Shown here: positions 8,156 through 18,043 of the stretch, piece after piece | How positions within the stretch are numbered: the first letter of the stretch is position 1 | How the letters are laid out: each line of letters starts with the position of its first letter | From: an uncultured Clostridia bacterium | GTDB taxonomy: Bacteria; Bacillota; Clostridia; TANB77; CAG-508 | Length of the DNA stretch: 64,000 nucleotides | Direction of reading: 5' to 3' | NCBI GenBank assembly: GCA_934169775.1 | Contig: CAKPOI010000001.1 | Coordinates: 16,558-80,557 of the forward strand | The notes under the pieces: generated by a model | Database searches by the model: none | Told to the model about the DNA's origin: nothing | What the model saw: only the letters and a program-made list of their open reading frames with translations | Translations under genes and position numbers: made by a program

Positions 8156-10264
8156 CTAATATTTCACAAAAACTTTATTTCCTTTATTTATCTTAATTCT
8201 TTCTGTTGGTGTCTGCTCTTTAATTATTATATTTTCTATATCTAGCCCCTCTTTATTTTCTTCTGTAATTCCCTCAATACTTATTTCTAATCCTACTTCT
8301 TTTAATATTTTCTTTGCTTCTTTTATTGATAATCCTGTTATATTTGGTACACTTACTTCCTCTATTTCTTCAGTTTCATTTCCCTGTACAACTTCTAAAT
8401 ATGGTAATATTTCGCTAAATATCTGACCTCCAACTGGAGCTGCAACTCCCCCTCCTTGGTGTCCTCCTTCTCCTGTTGGATTATATAAAGTAATTAGTAA
8501 AACAACTTGTGGGTCTTCTATTGGTGCTACTCCTAAAAAAGATGTAACATATTTGTTAGTGTTTACACCATCTTCAGAAGTTCCTGTTTTTCCACCAATT
8601 CTATAGCCTGCAACTTTAGCATTTTTTCCTGTTCCTTCAGAAACAACTGATTCCATCATACTTAAAACTTTTTCTGATGTTTCTTTAGAAATTGATTGTG
8701 ATTTTATTTTGACCTCTACATCTCTTTTTTCTCCTGTTTTACTGTCTATTATTTGTTTTACAACTCTAGGTTGAATTAAATTTCCTCCATTTGCAATGCT
8801 TGAAACTGCTGTAACTAATTGAATAGGAGTAATTTCAAACCTTTGGCCAAAACTTATTGTAGCTAATTCTACAGGTCCTGCTTTTTCTTCTTTTAAAAAT
8901 ATGCTTCCTCCTTCTCCTGGTAAGTCTATTCCTGTTTTTTCTAATAATCCGAATTTTTGTAAATAGCTATAATATGTATGAACTCCTAATTTTTGTCCAA
9001 GCCCTATAAATACTGGGTTACATGAGTTCATAAGTCCTTGTCTTAAGCTCTCTGAGCCATGTGGTCTATAATATCTCCAACATTTTATTCTTACTCCAGC
9101 TACTTCTATTCCTCCTGTACAGCAAAATTGTCCTTGTTTATCTATATCTGTAACTAGCCCTTCTTCTATAGATGCTGAGGCTGTTATTGTTTTAAATGTT
9201 GAGCCAGGTTCATATGTGTCTGCAATTGCTCTATTTCTCCAGACTGCTTGTAATTGTTTGGTCTTTTCTCCTTGTTCTAAATTTGGCCATATGCCTTGTA
9301 ATTCTTCTGTATATGCTGAATATGGATCATTTAAATTATATGTTGGATATGTTGCCATTGCCAAAATATCTCCTGTTTTTGGATTCATTGCTACTATGTT
9401 TCCACCATCTGTACACTTATTGTCAATACATGCTTCTTTTAAATATTTTTCTACTATTGATTGAATATTATAATCTATTGATAATACTAAATCATTTCCA
9501 TCTATTGCTGCAATATATTTTTCTCCTTCTTCGCCTATTTCTGCACCTTTAGCATCTGTATGCCTTTTAATCGCTCCTTTGGTTCCTGCTAGTTCTTTTT
9601 CGTATTTTGCTTCTATTCCATCAAGCCCTTGATTGTCACTACCACAAAATCCTATTATTTGTGCAGCTAAGCTGTTATTAGGATAATATCTTTTTGTGTC
9701 TTCATCTATATTTATTCCTGTGGTTATGTTGTTTTGTTCCATCCATTCTCTTAATTGGTCTGTTTTTTCTTTATCTACTTTTTTTACAATTGTTTCTATT
9801 GAACTTCTTTTTGTTACTTTTTTTAATATTTTTTCGTAGTCTAATTCAAATAATTCTGATAATTTTTTGGCTACTAATTCTTTTTTGTCTTTTTCTATAT
9901 TTCCCGGATTTACTGTTACTGTTTCTACTGTACTACTTATTGCTAATATATATTTTCCTGTACTATCATATATTGTTCCTCTTTTTGGATTTATTGCTCT
10001 GTCTAATGTTTGCTGTTCATATGCCATTGATGATAATTCTCCTCCTTGTATTATTTGTATAAATCCTATTCTTCCTATTAAAATTGTAAAAACTAAAAAT
10101 GATGTAAATAATATATTTCTCATTCTTTTTTTGGTAGATATTTCACTTGTTATTGTTTTATTTTTTATTCTTTTTTTTGTTGGTATTTCTCTTGTTTTTT
10201 TGTTTTTTCTTTTTTTGGTAGATACTCTTAATTTTTTGTCTTCTTTTCTTTTATATGTATTCAT
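8156..10264 (-). CDS. Class B penicillin-binding protein (FtsI/PBP2B-like transpeptidase) with a C-terminal PASTA domain.
   Basis: Dimerisation and transpeptidase motifs (STFK, SSN-like, KTGT) plus a PASTA-like C-terminus. Located between ftsL and murE. Has a K-rich N-terminal extension. Confidence 0.85.
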   Translation of the reverse strand: MNTYKRKEDKKLRVSTKKRKNKKTREIPTKKRIKNKTITSEISTKKRMRNILFTSFLVFTILIGRIGFIQIIQGGELSSMAYEQQTLDRAINPKRGTIYDSTGKYILAISSTVETVTVNPGNIEKDKKELVAKKLSELFELDYEKILKKVTKRSSIETIVKKVDKEKTDQLREWMEQNNITTGINIDEDTKRYYPNNSLAAQIIGFCGSDNQGLDGIEAKYEKELAGTKGAIKRHTDAKGAEIGEEGEKYIAAIDGNDLVLSIDYNIQSIVEKYLKEACIDNKCTDGGNIVAMNPKTGDILAMATYPTYNLNDPYSAYTEELQGIWPNLEQGEKTKQLQAVWRNRAIADTYEPGSTFKTITASASIEEGLVTDIDKQGQFCCTGGIEVAGVRIKCWRYYRPHGSESLRQGLMNSCNPVFIGLGQKLGVHTYYSYLQKFGLLEKTGIDLPGEGGSIFLKEEKAGPVELATISFGQRFEITPIQLVTAVSSIANGGNLIQPRVVKQIIDSKTGEKRDVEVKIKSQSISKETSEKVLSMMESVVSEGTGKNAKVAGYRIGGKTGTSEDGVNTNKYVTSFLGVAPIEDPQVVLLITLYNPTGEGGHQGGGVAAPVGGQIFSEILPYLEVVQGNETEEIEEVSVPNITGLSIKEAKKILKEVGLEISIEGITEENKEGLDIENIIIKEQTPTERIKINKGNKVFVKY

Positions 10265-10343
10265 ACAAAAACACCTCTAATAATATCTATTAGAGGCTTG
10301 CTGTTTTCATTACTATGATTTTGTTTGTTGTTTATAATATTTT

Positions 10344-10907
10344 TTATTTATTTGGAAATATCCAATCAGCAATTTTTTGTAACCATGTTTTTTCTTCTTT
10401 TAATACTACTTTTTCAGTTGCTGATTCGACATAATCTTTTTTTGGTAGTGTTACATACACAGTTTGTTTATTAGTTAGTTTTTCCATTCCTAATTTTTCT
10501 TTTGCTTCTTTTTCTATGTTTTTTATATTTAAATTGTTTTCTATATTTATTTCTAATTGTTCATTTTCTTTTTGTATTGTTGCTAATTTTTTCTTTTGTT
10601 CTTGCATTTCATTGAATTTTACTGTTATTTGGGAGTTTTGATAACTAATGGCTAATAAAACTGTAAAAGCTAATAATGCAAACATTGTTAATTTTACATG
10701 TTTTCTTTTTTGTTCTTTTGATACTTTTGGTTGTTGTTTTGGCATTTCTTTTACAACTTTTAACCCAGATTTTTTTCTGCTCTTGTTTTTATTTGGCATT
10801 TGTTCTTCTGTTTGTACTTTTCTTGGGTTAGTATCATATTGATAATAATTTCTTGCCATTATTATTTTTTCCTCCCTTCTTTTGTTTTTATTTTTATAAG
10901 TTTGCAA
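10344..10907 (-). CDS. ftsL: FtsL/DivIC-like septum formation protein.
   Basis: Single TM segment plus coiled coil. Conserved position between rsmH and pbp. Confidence 0.55.
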   Translation of the reverse strand: MQTYKNKNKRREEKIIMARNYYQYDTNPRKVQTEEQMPNKNKSRKKSGLKVVKEMPKQQPKVSKEQKRKHVKLTMFALLAFTVLLAISYQNSQITVKFNEMQEQKKKLATIQKENEQLEINIENNLNIKNIEKEAKEKLGMEKLTNKQTVYVTLPKKDYVESATEKVVLKEEKTWLQKIADWIFPNK

Positions 10908-10985
10908 AGTTTGCGCACAAATACGCAGACTTTAAAATGTTCTAATAAGTGCTAATGTTATTAATGTCCGCTTTTGTTCTTTTCT

Positions 10986-11915
10986 TTAAGCTTTTTCAAA
11001 AATTCTAAGCTTTGCACTTTTACTTCTTGAGTTTTCTTCTTGTTCTTCTTTACTTGCTATTATTGGTTTTTTAGTTATTATTTTTCCCTCTGATTTTGCT
11101 CCACATACACAATATGGTAAATCAGGTGGACATGTGCATTTTCCTTTTGCATCTAACATTGCTTTTTTTACTGCTCTATCTTCTAGTGAATGAAATGTTA
11201 TAACACATAACCTTCCTTGCGAATTTAAACATTTTATGCAATTTAATATGGTACTATATAATGGTTTTATTTCATTATTTACTTCTATTCTAATTGCTTG
11301 AAATGTTCTTTTGGCTGGATGTCCATCATTTTGTTTTGATTTTGGTATTGATTCTTCTATTATTTCTACTAGTTCTTTGGTGGTTTCTATTGGCTTTTCT
11401 TTTCTTTTTTTGCAAATATTATATGCTATTTTTTTAGAAAATCTTTCTTCTCCATATTCGTAAATTATATTACTTAGGTCTTCTTCACTATATTCGTTTA
11501 CTACTTTTTTTGCAGTTAGCTCTTGTGTTTTGTCCATTCTCATATCTAAAATGTTTTCACCTAAATAGCTGAATCCACGATTTCTTTCGTCCAATTGATA
11601 TGATGATACTCCTAAATCTAATAGTATTCCATCTACTCCATCTATATTTTCGTTTTCTAATATACTTATTATATCGTCATGGTTTCCATGTATGTATTTT
11701 ATATTTTTATATTCTTTTAAATTTGCCTTTGCTGCTTGTAGTGCTTCTTGATCCCTGTCTATTCCTATCAATATTCCTGTATTTTTTAAGGCTTTTGCTA
11801 TTTCTTTGCTATGTCCTGCTCCTCCTAATGTTCCATCTACATATATTCCGTTTTGCTTAATTTTTAATCCTTTTATACATTCATCTAACATTACTGGTTT
11901 GTGTTCAAATTTCAA
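10986..11915 (-). CDS. rsmH: RsmH (MraW) 16S rRNA m4C1402 methyltransferase.
   Basis: GTLGGAGHS SAM-binding motif. dcw position. Confidence 0.9.
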   Translation of the reverse strand: MKFEHKPVMLDECIKGLKIKQNGIYVDGTLGGAGHSKEIAKALKNTGILIGIDRDQEALQAAKANLKEYKNIKYIHGNHDDIISILENENIDGVDGILLDLGVSSYQLDERNRGFSYLGENILDMRMDKTQELTAKKVVNEYSEEDLSNIIYEYGEERFSKKIAYNICKKRKEKPIETTKELVEIIEESIPKSKQNDGHPAKRTFQAIRIEVNNEIKPLYSTILNCIKCLNSQGRLCVITFHSLEDRAVKKAMLDAKGKCTCPPDLPYCVCGAKSEGKIITKKPIIASKEEQEENSRSKSAKLRIFEKA

Positions 11916-12261
11916 ATTAATACCTCTTTATTTTTAATTTTTAAGGTCCTCATGCAGCTGGAAATTCCAGCTGCTTTGTCAAAAGTATATTATTAAAACT
12001 TTTGTATTTTTTCGAGTTCTTTTGCAATATCTTCTATTCTTTTGTTTTTTCTTTTGTTGCTTTATCTTTTGTAGTGTATTCTTTAGTTTTATTCTCTTCT
12101 GTAATTTTTTTAATCTTTTGTTTTATTTATCTGATGTGTATTTTTCTTTTGTTTTGATTTCTTTCGTTTTTTTGTCTTTTGCTTAAAATATATATTAATG
12201 AGGATTTGTCTTTTGTCTTTTTTACTTTTTTTCTTTAGTTTTTTATATAAACTTTTTCAAG

Positions 12262-12687
12262 TTATATACCTAAATTTGCCATGTTTTCTGCGATTTCATC
12301 TGCTGATATTTCTTCATCGCATTTTTCCCATGTTTCTTTGTTCCATATTTCTATTCTTGTTCCTACTCCAATTATTATTGCATCTTTTTCTAAGTTTGCT
12401 GCTGTTCTTAAGTTTGTTGGTATTAGGAATCTTCCTTGTTTGTCTATTTCACATTCTGTGGCCCCTGATAAAAAGAATCTTACAAAATTTCTTGCATTTT
12501 TGTCTGATAATGGTAGACTTTTTAGTTTTTCTTCAAAGTTATTCCATTCTGTTTGAGAGAACGCAAATAAGCATCCATCTAAACCTTTTGTTAAGATGAA
12601 CTTGTCCCCGATGTCTTGTCTTAGTTTTGCTGGCATTATTAACCTTCCTTTTGTGTCTAAAGAATGGCTATATTCTCCCATTAACAT
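12262..12687 (-). CDS. mraZ: MraZ transcriptional regulator.
   Basis: Duplicated SpoVT/AbrB-like MraZ domains and the MLMGEY N-terminus. First gene of the dcw cluster. Confidence 0.9.
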   Translation of the reverse strand: MLMGEYSHSLDTKGRLIMPAKLRQDIGDKFILTKGLDGCLFAFSQTEWNNFEEKLKSLPLSDKNARNFVRFFLSGATECEIDKQGRFLIPTNLRTAANLEKDAIIIGVGTRIEIWNKETWEKCDEEISADEIAENMANLGI

Positions 12688-12702
12688 CTGGTTTCACCTC
12701 TT

Positions 12703-12745
12703 TCCACTTTTCTACCACTTTGTGCCACTTTTTACCACTGCAATT
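12703..12745 (-). promoter_or_regulatory. Putative MraZ operator: four direct AAAGTGG-type repeats at 10-11 bp spacing immediately upstream of the mraZ RBS.
   Basis: Coding strand reads GTGGTAAAAA GTGGCACAAA GTGGTAGAAAA GTGGAAAGAGGTG. CCAC on the plus strand at 12704, 12715, 12725 and 12735. Confidence 0.55.
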
Positions 12746-13065
12746 TTATTGTAATATAACTTTTTTAATTTTGCAAGTGTTTTTCTGAATTTTTATGATT
12801 TTTTTATGTTTTTTTTAAAATTTTTAGCTCTTTACTATTTTTTATCTAAAAAATGCTTTTTTCAATAGAACAAAATTGGACATTAATAACATTCAAATTT
12901 CTAAAATCTCCGTATTTGTTTGTACACGAAATTTGCAAAGCAATTATCGTAGCATTGTTATTTTAATATTTTAGGAAGTTCGAATAGCTTTCCTAGAATA
13001 TTAAAAAGCTCGTAAATTTATGCTTTTATAAAAATATAAATTTGCGAGCTTTATATAACTTATTT

Positions 13066-13833
13066 TTACACTTCTTTTGCTTTTACTATAAATCTTTGCT
13101 TTCCATCATCTGTACATGTTATAAGGGTTATTTCTTTTTTTCCTTTTGTTTTTTGTTCTAAACAACTAATATCTTCTGGCACTACTGTGTATTCATTATA
13201 TATTTCATATGTTACTGCGTTTCCCTCAGTACTTTTTGTATAATCTGTTATTATTATTTTTTCTCCTACTTCAAGTGTTGGAACTTTACTAAAGAATTTT
13301 TGGTTTCTATAGTTGTGTCCTACTATACAGAAATTTCCTTTTTCATTTGGTTCTGGTCCTGCTAATTTGCATGGTGACATTTTTAATAGTTCTTCTGTTT
13401 CTTTTTCTGTTCCTGTTACTCCTTCTATTATTGGATAACTTAAGTTTAATTTTGGGATTTCTATTTTTGCTATTGTATAATAACTATATCCATTTTCTGT
13501 TGTTTCTTTTTTATCTATTAGTGTTTTGTAGTCACTTTCATCTAATGTTTTTACTTTTAAGTCTTCTTGTGCATTGTTTAATACTACTGTTAATACATCG
13601 CTTTGTGCTTTTTCTTTTGCTTTTTCTGCTTCTTCTTGCGTTTCTTTTATATTTGCTAATATTTGTTCAGATACTTGTTCACTTTTATTTCTTTCATAAT
13701 TTGTATATATAAAAATGGTACTTATTATTAATACTAGTATTATTGATATTATAAAATTAATTTTGTATATTTTTTTCTTTCTTTTTAGTTCAGGTGTTAC
13801 ATATAATTTTTCTGTTACTAATATTTGATTCAT
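13066..13833 (-). CDS. Sortase (transpeptidase) with an N-terminal membrane anchor.
   Basis: TLITCTD active-site motif (TLxTC), conserved His, N-terminal TM. Confidence 0.75.
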   Translation of the reverse strand: MNQILVTEKLYVTPELKRKKKIYKINFIISIILVLIISTIFIYTNYERNKSEQVSEQILANIKETQEEAEKAKEKAQSDVLTVVLNNAQEDLKVKTLDESDYKTLIDKKETTENGYSYYTIAKIEIPKLNLSYPIIEGVTGTEKETEELLKMSPCKLAGPEPNEKGNFCIVGHNYRNQKFFSKVPTLEVGEKIIITDYTKSTEGNAVTYEIYNEYTVVPEDISCLEQKTKGKKEITLITCTDDGKQRFIVKAKEV

Positions 13834-13910
13834 TTTAACACCTTCCCTTCTTTTAAATATTATTCTTTCTTTTTTATTATATCATAATAAAAGCTTTTTG
13901 AAAATCTTTT

Positions 13911-14411
13911 TTAAATTAAAATTGATGATATATGAAATACATTAACATTTTCTTTTAAGAATTTTTGTGTTTCTTTTAAAATTTTATGATCATCATCTAG
14001 TAAAATCACTTTATCATATTTGTCTTTTTTTTCTTTCATTTTCTCTGCTTTTACTATATCTCTATTTTCTTTTGAATATTCTTTGTTTTCTTTATTTATT
14101 ATAATCCAATTTTCTTCTTTTATAAATGGTACATATTTTCTTAGCCATTCTTGTTTTTCTTTTAATATTTTTAAACTTTTTGCTAATGTTAATATATATA
14201 AATCTATGTTTGGTATATCATTTATTTCTTTTAATATTTCTATTATGTATTCTATTGGTTCTGCTTTTTGGTATTCTTCTTCCATCTTTTCCTTTACGTT
14301 TCCTTCTGGATAAACTTCATATACAGTTATTGTTCCATCCATATCTATAAACATTGCTACTTTTTTATTTTCTCTGCATATATTTTGTATCTTTTTTATA
14401 AATTTCTTCAT
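13911..14411 (-). CDS. HAD-superfamily hydrolase, likely a 5'(3')-deoxyribonucleotidase-like enzyme.
   Basis: FIDMDGTIT (DxDGT motif I) and LLDDD (motif IV). Confidence 0.5.
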   Translation of the reverse strand: MKKFIKKIQNICRENKKVAMFIDMDGTITVYEVYPEGNVKEKMEEEYQKAEPIEYIIEILKEINDIPNIDLYILTLAKSLKILKEKQEWLRKYVPFIKEENWIIINKENKEYSKENRDIVKAEKMKEKKDKYDKVILLDDDHKILKETQKFLKENVNVFHISSILI

Positions 14412-14469
14412 AACATTCTCCTTTTTTATAAAATGGCACAAAAGTACTAACTTCTGTGCCTTTCTGTTT

Positions 14470-15052
14470 TTATAATGCGTCTGAAATGATTTTATAAATC
14501 ATTTCATTCATTGCTGAGATCTCTAACTCATCTGTTCTTATTAGGCTTTTACGTAAATTTACGTCATTGAAAAAATCACAAAAATACTTGTTGTACTCTT
14601 TTATGTATTCTTCTTTTACGATTTTTCCTTCAGCTCCTCTACGTTTCAAAGCGGTTGTTGGTGAAACTATTAGTCCTAAAAGTAAGTCCGGATTTACATT
14701 TGATAAGCATGTTTTTTTAAAATACTTGTATTCTTCTAAGCTTGCTTTTTTTTTCATAAAAAAACTTCCAAGCATAAAACTTGCTATCGATAATTCCTCT
14801 GTCAATTAGAACCACTTCTGCCTGTGAATAAGTTGCTTTAAATATACCTGCTTGTGTTACAAAGTGCATCCATAAGTTTGCATCAAATGTTCCTTTGGGT
14901 ATTTCGTTTGGCAGCTTTTCAGCGGATTCTTCAAGTATCATTACTGAATGTCCTGCATTTTCAAGCATGTTGGAAACTACTTTGATAGCTGTTGTTTTTC
15001 CAGCTTCTGGTGTTCCCGTAAATTCTACCATAAACGGCTTCTTTTTCCGCAT
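14470..15052 (-). pseudogene. P-loop NTPase (nucleoside/nucleotide kinase-like) split by a -1/+1 frameshift in an A9 homopolymer.
   Basis: Walker A FTGTPEAGKTT. Two overlapping ORFs, 14717..15052 and 14470..14805. Removing one A from the A9 run (plus strand T9 at 14746-14754) gives the continuous reading ...YEKKASLEEYKYF... Confidence 0.5.
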
Positions 15053-15178
15053 AGTTATGCCCTCCTAATTATATATTTTTGTTATTAAAGTATACTATAT
15101 TTTTTAAATTATTGCAATGTTTTTTCTTATTTTTAGAGCTTAGAGCATAACTTTATTTATAGAGTTGCTTTTATTTTT

Positions 15179-15775
15179 TTATATTATTTTCATTTTTACT
15201 TCTTTACCTTTAAATGCAAATACCATTTTTGTTATGTTTGTATATCCTCTTTCTTGTAAATCTTCTTCGTATTTTCTTTCTTCTTTTTTGTCTTGGACAT
15301 CAAAGTCTTTTATAATTTTATCCATTTCTTTTGCTGTTATGCCAAAGTCGTCACTAAATTCGTCATCTAATACTGTATATACATCAAAGTTGTTTGCTCC
15401 ACTAAATATGCTTTCTTTTGCTACTCTTGATACTCCTGTTAATACTGTTTTTTCTAAGCATAGATTATCCTTGAATGTTGTTCCATAAAATATTTTGAAG
15501 AATTTTATGGCTTCTTGATAATATCCTTCTATATATGCATTTTGTAATGGTACATCATATTCGTTTAAAAATAGCATTACTGGCTTATCATAATATCTAT
15601 TTAAATATTTACTTAGTGTTTTTATACTGTTTCTTAATACTATTTCATCTTCTTTATATGATAATATTTCTTTTATTTGTTCTTTTTCAAATGGATATTG
15701 TTTTGTCTATATAATAATTTTTTCTTATCCTTATCCCTCTAAAATCGCTTTCTCCTATTCCTATTCCGTACATTT
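15179..15775 (-). pseudogene. Internally deleted remnant of the AAA-ATPase/PD-(D/E)XK gene found intact at 52951..54627.
   Basis: N- and C-terminal segments are about 85-90% identical in nucleotide sequence to the 52951-54627 copy, with the middle roughly 1.1 kb missing. C-terminal peptide RKYEEDLQERGYTNITKMVFAFKGKEVKM is shared. Confidence 0.7.
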
Positions 15776-15778
15776 ATT

Positions 15779-16696
15779 TCATTTTCCTTTCATTTCATCT
15801 GCAATTTTTGCAAATTCTTCTAAGCTTAGTTCTTCTGGTCTTATATTTTCTTTTATATTTAGATTCTTAAAAACTTTTGCTGCTTGTTCTTTGTTTGTGA
15901 AAATTTTAGTATTCACTAATGAATTTAATAATGTTTTTCTTCTTTGTGTAAAGGCATTTTTTATAATTTTAAACATTGTTTTTTCATCTATGACTTTTAT
16001 TGGTGGTTCTTTTCTTATTTTAAATTGTATTACTTCTGAGGTTACTTCTGGTGCTGGTATAAAGCTTTCTGGTTTTACTTCTAATATTTCTTCCGCTTCT
16101 GCATAGTAGAATACACTATATGTGATTGCTCCTGCTTTTTTGGTTCCTGGTATTGCTGTTAATCTATCTGCTACTTCTTTTTGTACCATTACAGTTATTG
16201 TTTCTAAATCTAATTTTTCTTCTAATAATTTCATTATTATTGGTGTTGTTATATAATAAGGTAAATTTGCTACAATTTTTACTTTTTTTATTTCATTATC
16301 TTTTTGTTTTTCTGTTTCTATTAGATTTTTTAAGTCTACTTTTAAAACATCTTCATGTATTATTTCAAAATTTTTATATAATGCAAATCTTTCTTTTAAA
16401 ATTGTTATCATTCTTGTGTCTAATTCTATACATATTACTTTTTTTGCCTTTTCTAGTAATTCTTTTGTTAGAGTTCCTAGGCCTGGTCCTATTTCTATTA
16501 TTAAATCTTTTTCAGTTATTTGGCTGCTTTCTATTATATTATTTACTGTTTCATCTTCTACTAAAAAGTTTTGTCCTAATCTTTTGTCAGCTTTTATGTT
16601 ATATTTATTCATTATAAATTTTGTTTCTTCTAATATTGTTGGCATAATATTTTTTCCTCCTTTATTGGATGACTTTTTATTGTTTTTCCTTTGCAT
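15779..16696 (-). CDS. rsmA: RsmA/KsgA 16S rRNA dimethyladenosine transferase.
   Basis: LGQNFLVDE and GPGLGTLT motifs. Confidence 0.9.
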   Translation of the reverse strand: MQRKNNKKSSNKGGKNIMPTILEETKFIMNKYNIKADKRLGQNFLVEDETVNNIIESSQITEKDLIIEIGPGLGTLTKELLEKAKKVICIELDTRMITILKERFALYKNFEIIHEDVLKVDLKNLIETEKQKDNEIKKVKIVANLPYYITTPIIMKLLEEKLDLETITVMVQKEVADRLTAIPGTKKAGAITYSVFYYAEAEEILEVKPESFIPAPEVTSEVIQFKIRKEPPIKVIDEKTMFKIIKNAFTQRRKTLLNSLVNTKIFTNKEQAAKVFKNLNIKENIRPEELSLEEFAKIADEMKGK

Positions 16697-16719
16697 ATTA
16701 TACCATGTTATCCTTGATT

Positions 16720-17073
16720 TTACAATATTTGCTTTATATGATTTACTTTTATTTTTCCATTTATTATATATACTTCTATTACATCAAATCTTATGCATTT
16801 TGTTTCTTGTTTTGTTTTATGTATATAATATTTTGCTGTTTGATACATATGTTTTTGTTTGTTTTTGTTTATTGCTTCTATTGGTCTGCCAAATTCTATA
16901 CTGCTTCTTGTTTTTACTTCTATAAATATTATTTCTTTTCCTTGTGTTGCTATTATATCTATTTCTCCTTTTCTTGTATAATAGTTTGTTGTTATTATTT
17001 TATATCCGTTTTTTTCTAAATATTTTTGGGCTATTGCTTCTCCATTCCTTCCTATTTTGTAATTATTTTTCAT
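16720..17073 (-). CDS. yraN: YraN-family (UPF0102) endonuclease-like protein.
   Basis: GEIDIIA...IFIEVKTR motif. Confidence 0.8.
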   Translation of the reverse strand: MKNNYKIGRNGEAIAQKYLEKNGYKIITTNYYTRKGEIDIIATQGKEIIFIEVKTRSSIEFGRPIEAINKNKQKHMYQTAKYYIHKTKQETKCIRFDVIEVYIINGKIKVNHIKQIL

Positions 17074-17095
17074 CTTGCTTTATTCCTTCCTTTTG

Positions 17096-18034
17096 TTAAT
17101 TTCTTACTTGTATTTTTATGTATCTTTGTCCTGGTATTTCTTTGATTTTTCCTTCTAATGTCAACATTGTTATTTCATAATTTATGTCTTGTATGTTCAT
17201 ATTACTTTTTTGTAAAATTTCATCAATATCAAATGGTTCGTCCTTTATATATTTATATATTTTGTATTTACTTTGTTCACTATTTTTTAATTTATACATT
17301 TTATTAAATTTTTCTTCTATTTTATATTCAAATCTTGTTTTCTTTTCTCTTTCTTTTTGGTTAGTTATGCTTTGGATTTTTTCTATAATGTCTTTTTCAC
17401 TTGTTGCAATGTTTTCTCCTTGTTTTATAAGTAAATTTGGTACATATCCTTTTTTACTTTCTAAATTACTTGGTATGCAAAATATTGGTAGTTCTAATTC
17501 TTTTGCTATTTTTGCAGTGTTTCTTGTTCCACTTCTATAATCTCCTTCTACTACTAGTATTCCTCGACTTATTCCTGCTACTATTCTATTTCTTTCAGTA
17601 AATTTTGAACTATCTGCTTCTGTTTCTTCACTATATTCTGTTATTGCTAGCCCTCCATTTTTTATGATTATTTCAAATAATTCTTTATTTTGTTTTGGAT
17701 ATATATTTTTAAATCCGCATGGTAGTACAACTATTGTTTTTGATTTTTCTATCATTGCTCCTTTATGTGCATAGCTGTCTATTCCACTTGCTAATCCACT
17801 AACTATTGTTATTCCTTTTTGACTTAGTTTTTTTGCAAAATTTAATGCCATATTTTTCCCATATTCTGTGTTCTTCCTTGTTCCTACTATTGCTATTTTT
17901 GTGTTTTCTGTTTTTAATAGTTCTATATTTCCTAATACATATATTTGTTTTGGTGGTTTTTTTAGTCTTTTTAAATTTTGTGGGTATTCTTTGTCTTTAT
18001 AATATATTATTTTTTCTTTTTGCAATTTTTTCAC
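17096..18034 (-). CDS. dprA: DprA (Smf) DNA-processing protein A.
   Basis: Rossmann-like DprA core (VGTRKNTEYG...IVSGLASGIDSYAH). Confidence 0.85.
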   Translation of the reverse strand: MKKLQKEKIIYYKDKEYPQNLKRLKKPPKQIYVLGNIELLKTENTKIAIVGTRKNTEYGKNMALNFAKKLSQKGITIVSGLASGIDSYAHKGAMIEKSKTIVVLPCGFKNIYPKQNKELFEIIIKNGGLAITEYSEETEADSSKFTERNRIVAGISRGILVVEGDYRSGTRNTAKIAKELELPIFCIPSNLESKKGYVPNLLIKQGENIATSEKDIIEKIQSITNQKEREKKTRFEYKIEEKFNKMYKLKNSEQSKYKIYKYIKDEPFDIDEILQKSNMNIQDINYEITMLTLEGKIKEIPGQRYIKIQVRN

Positions 18035-18043
18035 ATTCCTTTT

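Noticed and set aside
11953-11973. GCAGCTGGAAATTCCAGCTGC hairpin in the 345-bp mraZ-rsmH spacer as a terminator or attenuator.
   Set aside because: A perfect 8-bp stem is seen, but no T-tract follows on the minus (transcribed) strand. Function is undetermined, so it is not called as a feature.
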